This document shows positions 56,218 to 64,000 of a stretch of DNA of 64,000 bases, piece by piece. Positions within the stretch are counted from its first letter, which is position 1. Every line of letters starts with the position of its first letter. The position numbers and the translations under genes are program-made. Below the pieces are notes generated by a model, which searched no databases, was not told where the DNA came from, and saw only the letters and a program-made list of their open reading frames with translations. The DNA comes from Chthoniobacterales bacterium (lineage in GTDB: Bacteria > Verrucomicrobiota > Verrucomicrobiia > Chthoniobacterales > DYNR01). The DNA is taken from NCBI GenBank assembly GCA_026418675.1, contig JAOAAX010000005.1, positions 13,789 through 77,788 on the forward strand, written 5' to 3'.

Positions 56218-56637
56218 ATGAAGATTCATCAGTCGGTTTTTTTTGTCCCTACGAATGGAAAAGGCACATATGAAATTACTGAGCGGGTGCAGACGGTTGT
56301 TTCGGAGGGAGGAGTCCTAAATGGATTAGCGCATGTTTTCTTGCGCCACACGAGCGCTAGTCTTGTGATTTATGAAAATGCTGACCCGACAGCCCGCAGG
56401 GACTTGCACTCCTGGATGGAGAAGCTTGTGCAAGAGGGAGATCCTATCTTGTGCCATACCCTAGAAGGACCGGATGACTCGACTAGCCACTTGCGAGCAG
56501 CCTTAACGAAAACCTCTGAAACTATCCCAATCGCGAAAGGACGGCTCGCGTTAGGAACATGGCAGGGGATTTTCCTTTTTGAACACAGGCGTTCGCCCCA
56601 CCGCCGAGAAGTTGTTGTTACTGTAATTGGGATATAA
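56218..56637 (+). CDS. yjbQ: YjbQ/UPF0047 family protein (secondary thiamine-phosphate synthase)
   Basis: HTSASLVIYENADP and GPDDSTSHLRAAL. Confidence 0.85.
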   Translation: MKIHQSVFFVPTNGKGTYEITERVQTVVSEGGVLNGLAHVFLRHTSASLVIYENADPTARRDLHSWMEKLVQEGDPILCHTLEGPDDSTSHLRAALTKTSETIPIAKGRLALGTWQGIFLFEHRRSPHRREVVVTVIGI

Positions 56638-56733
56638 GAGTTTTATTTTGGAGCGAAGGGTAAAATAAATTTTAATTTGAAATGAAATTTACTCTTGCGT
56701 ATGGGATAAAAATCTGTGTTTTTATAACAGGCT

Positions 56734-57234
56734 ATGGCAGCAAAGAGTGAGCTGGAAACTGTATTGCCGGAAGTTTTCGCAGATTTGGCAGACGTTTTTG
56801 GAAATCCACCTTCGCACGGCTTAGTATTTGGTTTGCTCTTTGCTTCGTCGGAGGCATTGGCGCAGGAACAAATTGCGGAGCGGCTTGGGCTGAGCATGGG
56901 TGCAGTGAGTATGGCGCTCAGAGCCCTTGAGGGGTTTGGCGCAGTAGAGCGACTTTCGAACAATGGCAGCCGCGCACACGCAACTTATACTGCTAATAGG
57001 AATTTGCGACCACTAGTGGTTGGTTTCGTCCACAACCGACTTCGACCAAAGTTGGAAGCAAGTTTAGAAAAACTTGATCGCTTGCAGGAACAATTTTCGG
57101 GGGATGCCCTTAACTCTGATGAGGAAAAGCAGATTCATTTGTTACAAAAAGTGCGCAATTGGCACAAGCGAGCTGTTCAGATCCTCGACTCGGCTGATTT
57201 TTTACTGAACCTTTCTTCAAAAGGTAATTATTGA
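56734..57234 (+). CDS. GbsR/MarR-type winged-helix transcriptional regulator
   Basis: GLVFGLLFASSEALAQEQIAERLGLSMGAVSMALRALEGFGAV. Last gene of normal composition before the AT-rich block. Confidence 0.7.
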   Translation: MAAKSELETVLPEVFADLADVFGNPPSHGLVFGLLFASSEALAQEQIAERLGLSMGAVSMALRALEGFGAVERLSNNGSRAHATYTANRNLRPLVVGFVHNRLRPKLEASLEKLDRLQEQFSGDALNSDEEKQIHLLQKVRNWHKRAVQILDSADFLLNLSSKGNY

Positions 57235-57326
57235 GTTTTTTCTAAGAATCAGTTTCATGATAAGTGGTTTCATGTGGTTGCATGAAGAACCATGTGCGGT
57301 AGCTTTATCTACAAATAAGCTAAAAA

Positions 57327-58094
57327 ATGCGGGAATTGCTGAGAAAATTAATATTTTATTTTGCAAATAAATGTGGTTTAATTGTTAAGCGTAAGAGTCC
57401 TTATAAATATCAAGAGCAAAAGAGTTTCTCTTCAATTATTCCGAGTTGGAATGACTTAATGTTTTCAATTCATGGTAAAAATATTTATGAAGGTTTTCTA
57501 TTTAAGGATTATTTTCCAGATATTGAAGGTTGGTTTTCAACTTCACCTGCATTTGAATACCTATTAAGTTTAGTAAAGCCCAAATTTGTGATTGAAGTAG
57601 GCACATGGAAAGGGGCATCGGCGATTCACATGGCCAGAATTTTACAAAACTGGCACCACGATTTTAGAATTTTATGTATTGATACATGGCTTGGGTCTTT
57701 GGAATTTTGGGAAGATCACTCAGACCCCAAACGCTTTCTCTCTCTTGAATGCAAGCACGGCTATCCTCAAGTCTATTATCGGTTCCTTGCTAATGTTTGC
57801 TATGAGGGGCTTCAAAACCACATCATTCCTTTTCCTTTGCACTCTTCGTCCGCAGCAATTTGGCTGATGCGTAAGGGGGTTGTAGCCGATGCAATTTATA
57901 TAGACGGGAGCCATGAAGAGGAAGATGTTTTTCAGGATATTTTTAATTTTTATCAAGTGACGAAAAAAGGGGGGATTATTTTCGGAGATGACGTTGAGCT
58001 AGCCGGAGTCCGAAATGCTTTAGTAAATTTCTGTAAAATTAAACACATTAATTGGAAACGAAATGAAAATAAGTGGTATTTGACAGTTTCCTAA
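57327..58094 (+). CDS. Class I SAM-dependent methyltransferase (sugar O-methyltransferase-like)
   Basis: VIEVGTWKGASAIHMA (motif I) and AIYIDGSHEEEDVFQD. Confidence 0.72.
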   Translation: MRELLRKLIFYFANKCGLIVKRKSPYKYQEQKSFSSIIPSWNDLMFSIHGKNIYEGFLFKDYFPDIEGWFSTSPAFEYLLSLVKPKFVIEVGTWKGASAIHMARILQNWHHDFRILCIDTWLGSLEFWEDHSDPKRFLSLECKHGYPQVYYRFLANVCYEGLQNHIIPFPLHSSSAAIWLMRKGVVADAIYIDGSHEEEDVFQDIFNFYQVTKKGGIIFGDDVELAGVRNALVNFCKIKHINWKRNENKWYLTVS

Positions 58095-58096
58095 AG

Positions 58097-58945
58097 ATGC
58101 CGAAACTTTTTGTAACAGGGGGGACAGGGTTCCTAGGGGGTTACTTTATAAAGCAGGCATTGAAAGAGGGTTTTATAGTTCGAGCAATTACGAGAAAGTC
58201 ACCGCCGTTTGAGTTGGATCATTTGGAATGGATTTTAGGTGGGCTAGGTGAATATAAGACGGAATGGATGGATGGAATTGATGCAATCGTGCATATAGCT
58301 TCGGCAGGAGTTTCTCCAAAACCAATTAGTTGGCAAGAAGCTCTTCAAATCAACTTGTGTGAAAGTCTTGGCCTTTTTCAATTTGCTAATGAATTAGGCG
58401 TTAACAAATGGGTAGTAATTGGCAGTTGTATGGAATATGGCCTTAGCGGAAACAATTATGAATTTATCCCTGTAGATGCCGAACTCATTCCAGTGGGGCC
58501 TTACGCAACATCTAAAGCTGCTTTTTATCTAACAATTTCAGCATTTTGTCGTGAAAAGCGGGCTTATTTAAGCTATCTGCGTCCTTTTCACTTTTTCGGT
58601 GATGGCCAATACGAGAAAAACTTTTGGCCAAGCTTGAAAGCAGCAGCAATTGCTGGACTTGACTTTCCAATGACTAAGGGTGAGCAAATCCGGGATTTTA
58701 TTTCCGTTCAAGCTGTTGTAGAGGAAGTTCTTCAGCACACCTGCGAATTACTTGAGCTAAAGAAACCGCAAATAAAGATTAAAAATATTGGTTCTGGAGT
58801 TCCGCGAACCTTGCGATCTTTTGCTGAGGAGTGGTGGCATTTCTGGAAGGCTAAAGGTCAATTGCTTGTTGGAGCTATGCCCTATAGAGAAAATGAAATC
58901 TTTCGATTGGTGCCGAATTTAACTCCCAAAGTCATTTTTTTATGA
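58097..58945 (+). CDS. NAD-dependent epimerase/dehydratase family SDR
   Basis: LFVTGGTGFLGGYF Rossmann motif and the YATSK catalytic motif. ATG at 58097, directly after the upstream stop; the ORF track start is 58073. Confidence 0.82.
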   Translation: MPKLFVTGGTGFLGGYFIKQALKEGFIVRAITRKSPPFELDHLEWILGGLGEYKTEWMDGIDAIVHIASAGVSPKPISWQEALQINLCESLGLFQFANELGVNKWVVIGSCMEYGLSGNNYEFIPVDAELIPVGPYATSKAAFYLTISAFCREKRAYLSYLRPFHFFGDGQYEKNFWPSLKAAAIAGLDFPMTKGEQIRDFISVQAVVEEVLQHTCELLELKKPQIKIKNIGSGVPRTLRSFAEEWWHFWKAKGQLLVGAMPYRENEIFRLVPNLTPKVIFL

Positions 58946-59994
58946 AAATTCTTATTACAGGAGGATGTGGATTTTTAGGGTCAAATCTAGCTTTTGAGTT
59001 TCTGAAAAATCAAGAGGAAGTTGTAATTGTTGATTCGCTTTACCGAGTTGGAGGAAAACAAAATCTTGAATGGTTAAAAGCAAATTCCAAGGAAAAGCAA
59101 TTTCATTTCTATCAAGTAGATATTGCTTGCGATAAAGAACTTGAAATGATATTTCAAAGGCATGCCCCTTTCGATTATATCTGTCATTTTGCTGGACAGG
59201 TTGCGATGACCACCTCATTAAAGGATCCTAAAAGAGATTTTCTCACTAATGTTGTTGGAACCTTTAATTTGCTTGAATTTGCTAGAATATATTCTCCGGA
59301 AACTTTTCTTGCTTACAGTTCAACAAATAAGGTTTATGGAGACTTAAATTTCGTAAGATTGCGTGAAACTCCTACTCGTTATGAAGCTGTTGATTTTCCG
59401 AATGGTTTCGATGAGACACTTCCCTTAGATTTTGCTTCGCCGTATGGATGCTCAAAGGGAGCTGCAGATCAATATGTTCGAGATTGGTATCGAAACTTCG
59501 GCATTAAAACGGTGGTTTTTCGACATTCCTCAATATATGGTGGCAGACAATTTTCTACTTATGATCAAGGATGGGTGGGCTGGTTTTGTAAAAAGGCTAT
59601 AGAGCAAAAGAACGCATGGCTAAAAGGTGAAATTCCTGAACCATTCACAATTTCAGGAAGTGGTAAACAGGTCCGAGATGTCCTTCATGCTGAAGATTTA
59701 ATAAACTTATATTTGATGGCATTTGAAAAAAAGGAACAAATTGCTGGCGAGGTTTTTAATATCGGTGGAGGCATAGATAATAGTCTCAGTCTTCTTGAAT
59801 TATTTTCTTTCTTGGAAAATTTATTAGAAATGCCGAAAAAATTAATTTTTAATAGAACAGAAAGACGTAAATCCGATCAGGATTTTTTTGTTTCAAGCAA
59901 TAAAAAAGCAAAGGAAAAGTTAAATTGGGAACCCAAAATTAGGTATATTTGTGGAATTCAAAATGTATTAAATTGGATTAATAATCAAAATTAA
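58942..59994 (+). CDS. CDP-paratose 2-epimerase (tyvelose epimerase)-like SDR
   Basis: ILITGGCGFLGSNLA, AGQVAMTTS, SSTNKVYGD, SPYGCSKGAADQY, VVFRHSSIYGGRQFSTYDQGWVGWFC, ISGSGKQVRDVLHAED. These blocks closely match what I recall of Salmonella RfbE. Confidence 0.8.
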   Translation: MKILITGGCGFLGSNLAFEFLKNQEEVVIVDSLYRVGGKQNLEWLKANSKEKQFHFYQVDIACDKELEMIFQRHAPFDYICHFAGQVAMTTSLKDPKRDFLTNVVGTFNLLEFARIYSPETFLAYSSTNKVYGDLNFVRLRETPTRYEAVDFPNGFDETLPLDFASPYGCSKGAADQYVRDWYRNFGIKTVVFRHSSIYGGRQFSTYDQGWVGWFCKKAIEQKNAWLKGEIPEPFTISGSGKQVRDVLHAEDLINLYLMAFEKKEQIAGEVFNIGGGIDNSLSLLELFSFLENLLEMPKKLIFNRTERRKSDQDFFVSSNKKAKEKLNWEPKIRYICGIQNVLNWINNQN

Positions 59995-59995
59995 A

Positions 59996-61036
59996 ATGCA
60001 TTATATAAATGATATAAAAGAAAAAAAATTTCTTTCCATAGCTATTCCTACTTATAACCGTGTGAATCATGTAAAACAAAGAATTGAGGAATTGTTGCCA
60101 CAATTAAATGATGAAACCCAAATTATTATTTATGACAATGGGAGCGATGAAATAAATGATTTGCTAAAATATATTGATAACAAAAGAGTTTTTTACAAGA
60201 GATCAATATCAAACTTAGGTATGACAGGTAATTTTTTACGTTGCATGACACAGACACTATCTGAATGGATTTGGGTTTTAGGCGATGATGATCCTGTAAA
60301 AGATAATTGTTTAAAAACAATTCTTGGAGTTTTAAAAAAAACAGAAGCTTCAATTGTAAACTTTACAACTGATGCATGCTTTAATAATTCTAATAAATTA
60401 ATATTAAATTTGAGTGAGCTTTTAATGATAAAAGACGTTAGTTCACTGCTGCATTTTTCATCTAATGTTTATAAATTAGAAACTGTAAAAAAAACATTTC
60501 ATGTTCTGGCAACATCATGTTTTACTTATGCTATGCATGTAGTTATAATTACAAAAGCCTTAGAGAATATTCCCGACTGTAAAATGGAATTAAGAGTTGA
60601 AGAAATATTGAAAAAAAACAATTTAAACCCGCGAAGGTGGTCAACGCTTGAAGTTGCCATGGGTTTAAGTGTTTACCCTTGTTTTGTAAACCAAATAGAT
60701 TTAAAAAAAATATGTTCAAATCAACTGAGAGCATCGACGAGATGGATGCTTTTATGGGCGCTTGGGGATATAAAAAATATAAATGAGATAGGCATGTGGA
60801 AATTAGCTGTAAAATTTACAAATAACAATCTTAAAGTATTTGGTTCATCGCTTCTCAATCATTTCTATTATTTTATATCCAAAAATAAAAATTTTAAAGA
60901 TTTTTATAGAGACTTTTTTTTATCAATACTTTTGCTTTTACCAAAAAATTTAATTTACTATATAGCAAAGTATATGAGATCTAGGTTTTTAAAAACAAAC
61001 CAACGAGAATATACTGTTTTAAGTGAATTCAAATAA
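59996..61036 (+). CDS. Glycosyltransferase family 2 (paralog a)
   Basis: LSIAIPTYNR, IIIYDNGSDE, WIWVLGDDDP (DxD motif). Long C-terminal extension ending in VLSEFK. Confidence 0.8.
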   Translation: MHYINDIKEKKFLSIAIPTYNRVNHVKQRIEELLPQLNDETQIIIYDNGSDEINDLLKYIDNKRVFYKRSISNLGMTGNFLRCMTQTLSEWIWVLGDDDPVKDNCLKTILGVLKKTEASIVNFTTDACFNNSNKLILNLSELLMIKDVSSLLHFSSNVYKLETVKKTFHVLATSCFTYAMHVVIITKALENIPDCKMELRVEEILKKNNLNPRRWSTLEVAMGLSVYPCFVNQIDLKKICSNQLRASTRWMLLWALGDIKNINEIGMWKLAVKFTNNNLKVFGSSLLNHFYYFISKNKNFKDFYRDFFLSILLLLPKNLIYYIAKYMRSRFLKTNQREYTVLSEFK

Positions 61037-61037
61037 A

Positions 61038-61793
61038 ATGAATTTAGGTCGTTTCATTTATTTTTCATCTGAATTAATAAATGATTTTCTATTTAGAAGA
61101 AAATTTTTGAAAAATTATTTAAAAAGTTACTTTTATGAAAAATCATTCTCATATCCATGTATAAATTTAGAAACCAAGACAATCGTTGATATTATACCTA
61201 ATGCAGAGGAAGAGTGTGTTAAGCTTTCAGGAATATTTGAAATTCCTAAGTTTCCTTTAGGTATTAAATCCGAGAGATTTTTTACAGCATCAACGAATTT
61301 AGTAGATTCTTTTTGTTTAGCTTTATTTGCTAAAAAATTTGCAAAAGAAAAGATACTAGAAATTGGAACATCTTTTGGAGAAACAGCGTTAACGTTTGCA
61401 TTAAACTCTCCCGAAAATTGTGTCGTTTATACAATAGATATTCAAAATACTTTGAGTAATCCGACGATTGGACGGAAATTTCGTAATAAAAATATTGAAA
61501 AAAAGATTAAATTTTACTCAATGGATATTGAAAGAGTTTTTTCCATTTTACCGCCAAAGTCTGTTGATATAATATTTATAGATGGGGATCATAGTTATGA
61601 AGGTGTTAAGAAAGACACTGAATACTCTTTAAGTTTGATTAAAGATAATGGTATCATAATATGGCATGATTGTTGTGTAATGTTTTTAGATGGCGTTGTT
61701 AAATATTTAGATGAATTGAAAAAAAATAAAAATTTAAAAATTATAAAAATAGCACACACAAATTTAACATTAGGTTACAAAATTGAGATATAA
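61038..61793 (+). CDS. Class I SAM-dependent methyltransferase (second copy)
   Basis: ILEIGTSFGETALTFA and IIFIDGDHSYEGVKKD. ATG at 61038, one nt after the upstream stop; the ORF track uses GTG at 61023. Confidence 0.72.
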   Translation: MNLGRFIYFSSELINDFLFRRKFLKNYLKSYFYEKSFSYPCINLETKTIVDIIPNAEEECVKLSGIFEIPKFPLGIKSERFFTASTNLVDSFCLALFAKKFAKEKILEIGTSFGETALTFALNSPENCVVYTIDIQNTLSNPTIGRKFRNKNIEKKIKFYSMDIERVFSILPPKSVDIIFIDGDHSYEGVKKDTEYSLSLIKDNGIIIWHDCCVMFLDGVVKYLDELKKNKNLKIIKIAHTNLTLGYKIEI

Positions 61794-62787
61794 GTTCAAA
61801 TATTCTGTAGCAATACCAACATATAATCGAAAGAAGGAATTACATCAAACATTAACAATTTTAAATGAACAGTTAGATAAGAATATCAGTATATGGATAT
61901 TCGATAATGGTAGTAATGATGGAACATGTGAATTAGTAAAATCTTTGATCACCACTTTTGATAACAATGTTATTTTAAAGCGTTCACTCCATAATATTGG
62001 CATGCCTGCAAATATTGCAAGATCACTATTAAATACAGACGCCGAATGGATATGGTTGCTGGGAGATGATGATATACCTTTGGAAAATTCAATTCAAAAT
62101 TTTATAAAATTGACTGAAAAGTATAAAAATGGAATAATTGAGTTCAATTCAAGTGGGGGGGCTATTGAAACAGATATTATCATTCAAAACTATGATGATT
62201 TTTACAAATATCATGATTTAGTTAAGACAGTTTTTATATCATCACATATATTTCACAAACCTTCAATAGAAAAATTTTTGGGGATTCTATATTTCGCTTC
62301 CTTTACATTTGCTCCCCACTCTGTTCTTGTTTTAAGGTTATTGGAACATGGTTATGGGAATTTATATTTGGATACTTGCTCATTATTAAAAAGTTTCTAT
62401 CATGCAAAGCGATGGTCAACCTTAGAAGCTGGATTTGGAATAAGTTTACTTCCTGAATTTATATCCAACAAAAAATTTAAAAAGCTTTTTTCACAAAGGC
62501 TTCTTTTAGATTTATGTTGGCAATTAAGCTTTGGGTTAACTGAAATATACGATCAAAAAACGGCTGAGCGTTGGAAAGATACAGTGAAACATGTTTTTGC
62601 AAATCTGAAGAATTATGGTGCAAAAATATTTCCAATAGGAGATAAGTATAGAAAACCAAAAAAAGTTGAAATAAAAGATTTTTTTATTATTGCAATTGCC
62701 CTTGTTTTACCAAAAAAAATATTGTTAAATATAGCTCAAAAATTTAGAGCTAAACATAAAAGAGAGATAGTTTTAAGTGAAAAATAA
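61783..62787 (+). CDS. Glycosyltransferase family 2 (paralog b)
   Basis: YSVAIPTYNR, IWIFDNGSNDGT, WIWLLGDDD, KRWSTLEAGFGISLLPEF, tail VLSEK. Collinear with the gene at 59996. TTG start overlapping the MT stop. Confidence 0.8.
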   Translation: MRYKFKYSVAIPTYNRKKELHQTLTILNEQLDKNISIWIFDNGSNDGTCELVKSLITTFDNNVILKRSLHNIGMPANIARSLLNTDAEWIWLLGDDDIPLENSIQNFIKLTEKYKNGIIEFNSSGGAIETDIIIQNYDDFYKYHDLVKTVFISSHIFHKPSIEKFLGILYFASFTFAPHSVLVLRLLEHGYGNLYLDTCSLLKSFYHAKRWSTLEAGFGISLLPEFISNKKFKKLFSQRLLLDLCWQLSFGLTEIYDQKTAERWKDTVKHVFANLKNYGAKIFPIGDKYRKPKKVEIKDFFIIAIALVLPKKILLNIAQKFRAKHKREIVLSEK

Positions 62788-62805
62788 TTAAATAGTAAGT
62801 AAAAA

Positions 62806-64000
62806 TTGAATAAATCAGAGCGTTTTTTACTCGATACGAGCACAAGAAACCTATTAAAAATAATCTATTCTTTAGGCAATTTTGTTGTCACATGGTGGTT
62901 AGTTCAAAAGCTTGGTGAAACTGGATTTGGGATTTACCGAAGTGCCACTGCTTGCGTTGGACTTCTCAGCATAGCAAGTGGTGGTATGATTTCCGCTGCA
63001 TATGGGATGGTCGTTGAACACATTGCAAAAAATGATCAAGCAAAGGTGGCGGCCGTCGTCTGGCATTCTTTTCGTTTTTTAGGGAAAATTGGGATTGTTT
63101 TATTGATTTGTTCTCTACCTGTTGGATGTCTCATGGCCTTTTTGTATAAGATTCCTGAAGTTGATTTTTGGAATTTTTCGTTAACTGCAGCGATTGCAGC
63201 GGGATCCTTAGTCATGGGCTTTTTTTCAATGCCCTTCATTTGGGTAATACAAGCTAGGCAATTAGAATTTCTATCTAATATACTTCATATCCCATTAGCA
63301 TTTCTAACACCTTTAATTGTTGTTCTATCCTTAAATTGGAAGGCTGAACCTTGGATTCCTTCTTTGTCTACATTTCTAATGGTTTGCATCGGTAATGTGA
63401 TGTGTATAATACTCAGCTTGCACCTCCATCCTTGGTTAAGAAAAAAACATGCAGTTGAAATAAATTTTAAAGAAATTCATTCGAGGACATACTATGGATT
63501 AATGGAACAAATTTCTGCTTCTCTTTTGGCACAATCACTAGCTTGGGGGATCACATCAACCAAAGGCCCAGCGGCATACGGGATGGTAGCAGCATCGATG
63601 ACATTTTTTTCTTTTGCGCGCGATATGTTTTCAACGATATCTTGGACATTAATAGCACCTATTGGAAGTATTTACTATTCTGGAGATCATAAAAAATCAA
63701 TCAAAATTTGGATTGAGGTAACATGTTTTCTCTCTTTTTTATCTGGTGTTTTAGCACTAATATTGTCCGTATATAATTCTACTTTAATATCAATGTGGCT
63801 TGGTCCAGAAATGTCTCTTGGATTAAAAGAGAATGTGGTTTTAGCAATCGGCTTTTTCTTTTCAACGATTCTTTACACTACATCTGCTTCAATTTATGCA
63901 ATAGGTGGTTTAAAAATTCGCGCATGGTTTTTTGTTGCTGAATGTGTAATTTCTATCATTTCAATATGGTATTCTTCAAAGTTCTATGGAATTTTTGGTG
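62806..64000 (+). CDS. Wzx-like polysaccharide flippase (MOP superfamily), 3'-truncated by the window edge
   Basis: Absent from the ORF track because no stop is reached. My hand translation from TTG 62806 (preceded by an in-frame TAA at 62800) stays open for 398 codons. It is very hydrophobic (for example LLKIIYSLGNFVVTWWLV, IGIVLLICSLPVGCLMAF, VLALILSVYNSTLISMWLG). The position fits a glycan cluster. Confidence 0.6.
   Translation, partial: MNKSERFLLDTSTRNLLKIIYSLGNFVVTWWLVQKLGETGFGIYRSATACVGLLSIASGGMISAAYGMVVEHIAKNDQAKVAAVVWHSFRFLGKIGIVLLICSLPVGCLMAFLYKIPEVDFWNFSLTAAIAAGSLVMGFFSMPFIWVIQARQLEFLSNILHIPLAFLTPLIVVLSLNWKAEPWIPSLSTFLMVCIGNVMCIILSLHLHPWLRKKHAVEINFKEIHSRTYYGLMEQISASLLAQSLAWGITSTKGPAAYGMVAASMTFFSFARDMFSTISWTLIAPIGSIYYSGDHKKSIKIWIEVTCFLSFLSGVLALILSVYNSTLISMWLGPEMSLGLKENVVLAIGFFFSTILYTTSASIYAIGGLKIRAWFFVAECVISIISIWYSSKFYGIFG

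Larger units (their letters stand above)
57235..64000. other. AT-rich genomic island encoding a surface-glycan biosynthesis cluster (right edge beyond the window)
   Basis: Composition drops abruptly. Spot counts on 60-nt lines give about 27-35% G+C here against about 55% at 48 kb. Seven same-strand genes (MT, SDR, SDR, GT2, MT, GT2, flippase) have overlapping or 1-20 nt junctions. Confidence 0.7.

Noticed and set aside
63036-63239. 67-aa minus-strand ORF listed in the track within the last 1.2 kb.
   Set aside because: It lies antisense to a 398-codon open, highly hydrophobic + frame (the flippase) that the track omits only because it has no stop inside the window.

Overview
This 64 kb window is mostly conserved chromosome with about 50-55% G+C, judged by spot counts on single 60-nt lines. 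It probably comes from a PVC-group bacterium, most likely Verrucomicrobiota. The clues are prepilin-type cassettes, many Pro/Ser-rich envelope proteins and a membrane Ser/Thr kinase with an LRR ectodomain. Recognisable housekeeping genes are prmA, accA, pgk, gap, rfbC-rfbA-rfbD, trpS, ppk2, tal, ptsI, rpmE, prfA-prmC, rdgB, pal, one tRNA(CAU), folD, a cyclophilin, cdsA-dxr, rppH, trpA and yjbQ. Two regions stand out. The first (about 0.6-7.0 kb) is a five-gene operon of four consecutive prepilin-type (class III signal) proteins in a GspH-I-J-K-like order. Its fourth member is a 1068-aa GspK-like protein, followed by a secreted poly-proline protein. Two tandem full-length GspE/PilB ATPases lie 2.6 kb away on the opposite strand. 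No major pilin, platform protein, secretin or prepilin peptidase is present in the window. The second region (57.2 kb to the window end) is an abrupt AT-rich block, about 27-35% G+C in spot counts. It encodes a glycan-building cluster: two class I methyltransferases, two SDR epimerases (one CDP-paratose-2-epimerase-like), two paralogous GT2 enzymes and an unterminated Wzx-like flippase missing from the ORF track. It looks horizontally acquired. Further oddities include a DEAD-box-fold protein with every catalytic motif substituted but a DbpA-like RNA-binding tail retained. There is also a CdsA with a substituted signature motif, an orphan HPt protein, a roughly 600-bp gene-free gap holding a perfect 9-bp hairpin, and a small PD-(D/E)XK-like ORF. 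No CRISPR array, IS element, integrase or rRNA was seen. All calls rest on motif recognition by eye, and no database search was run.
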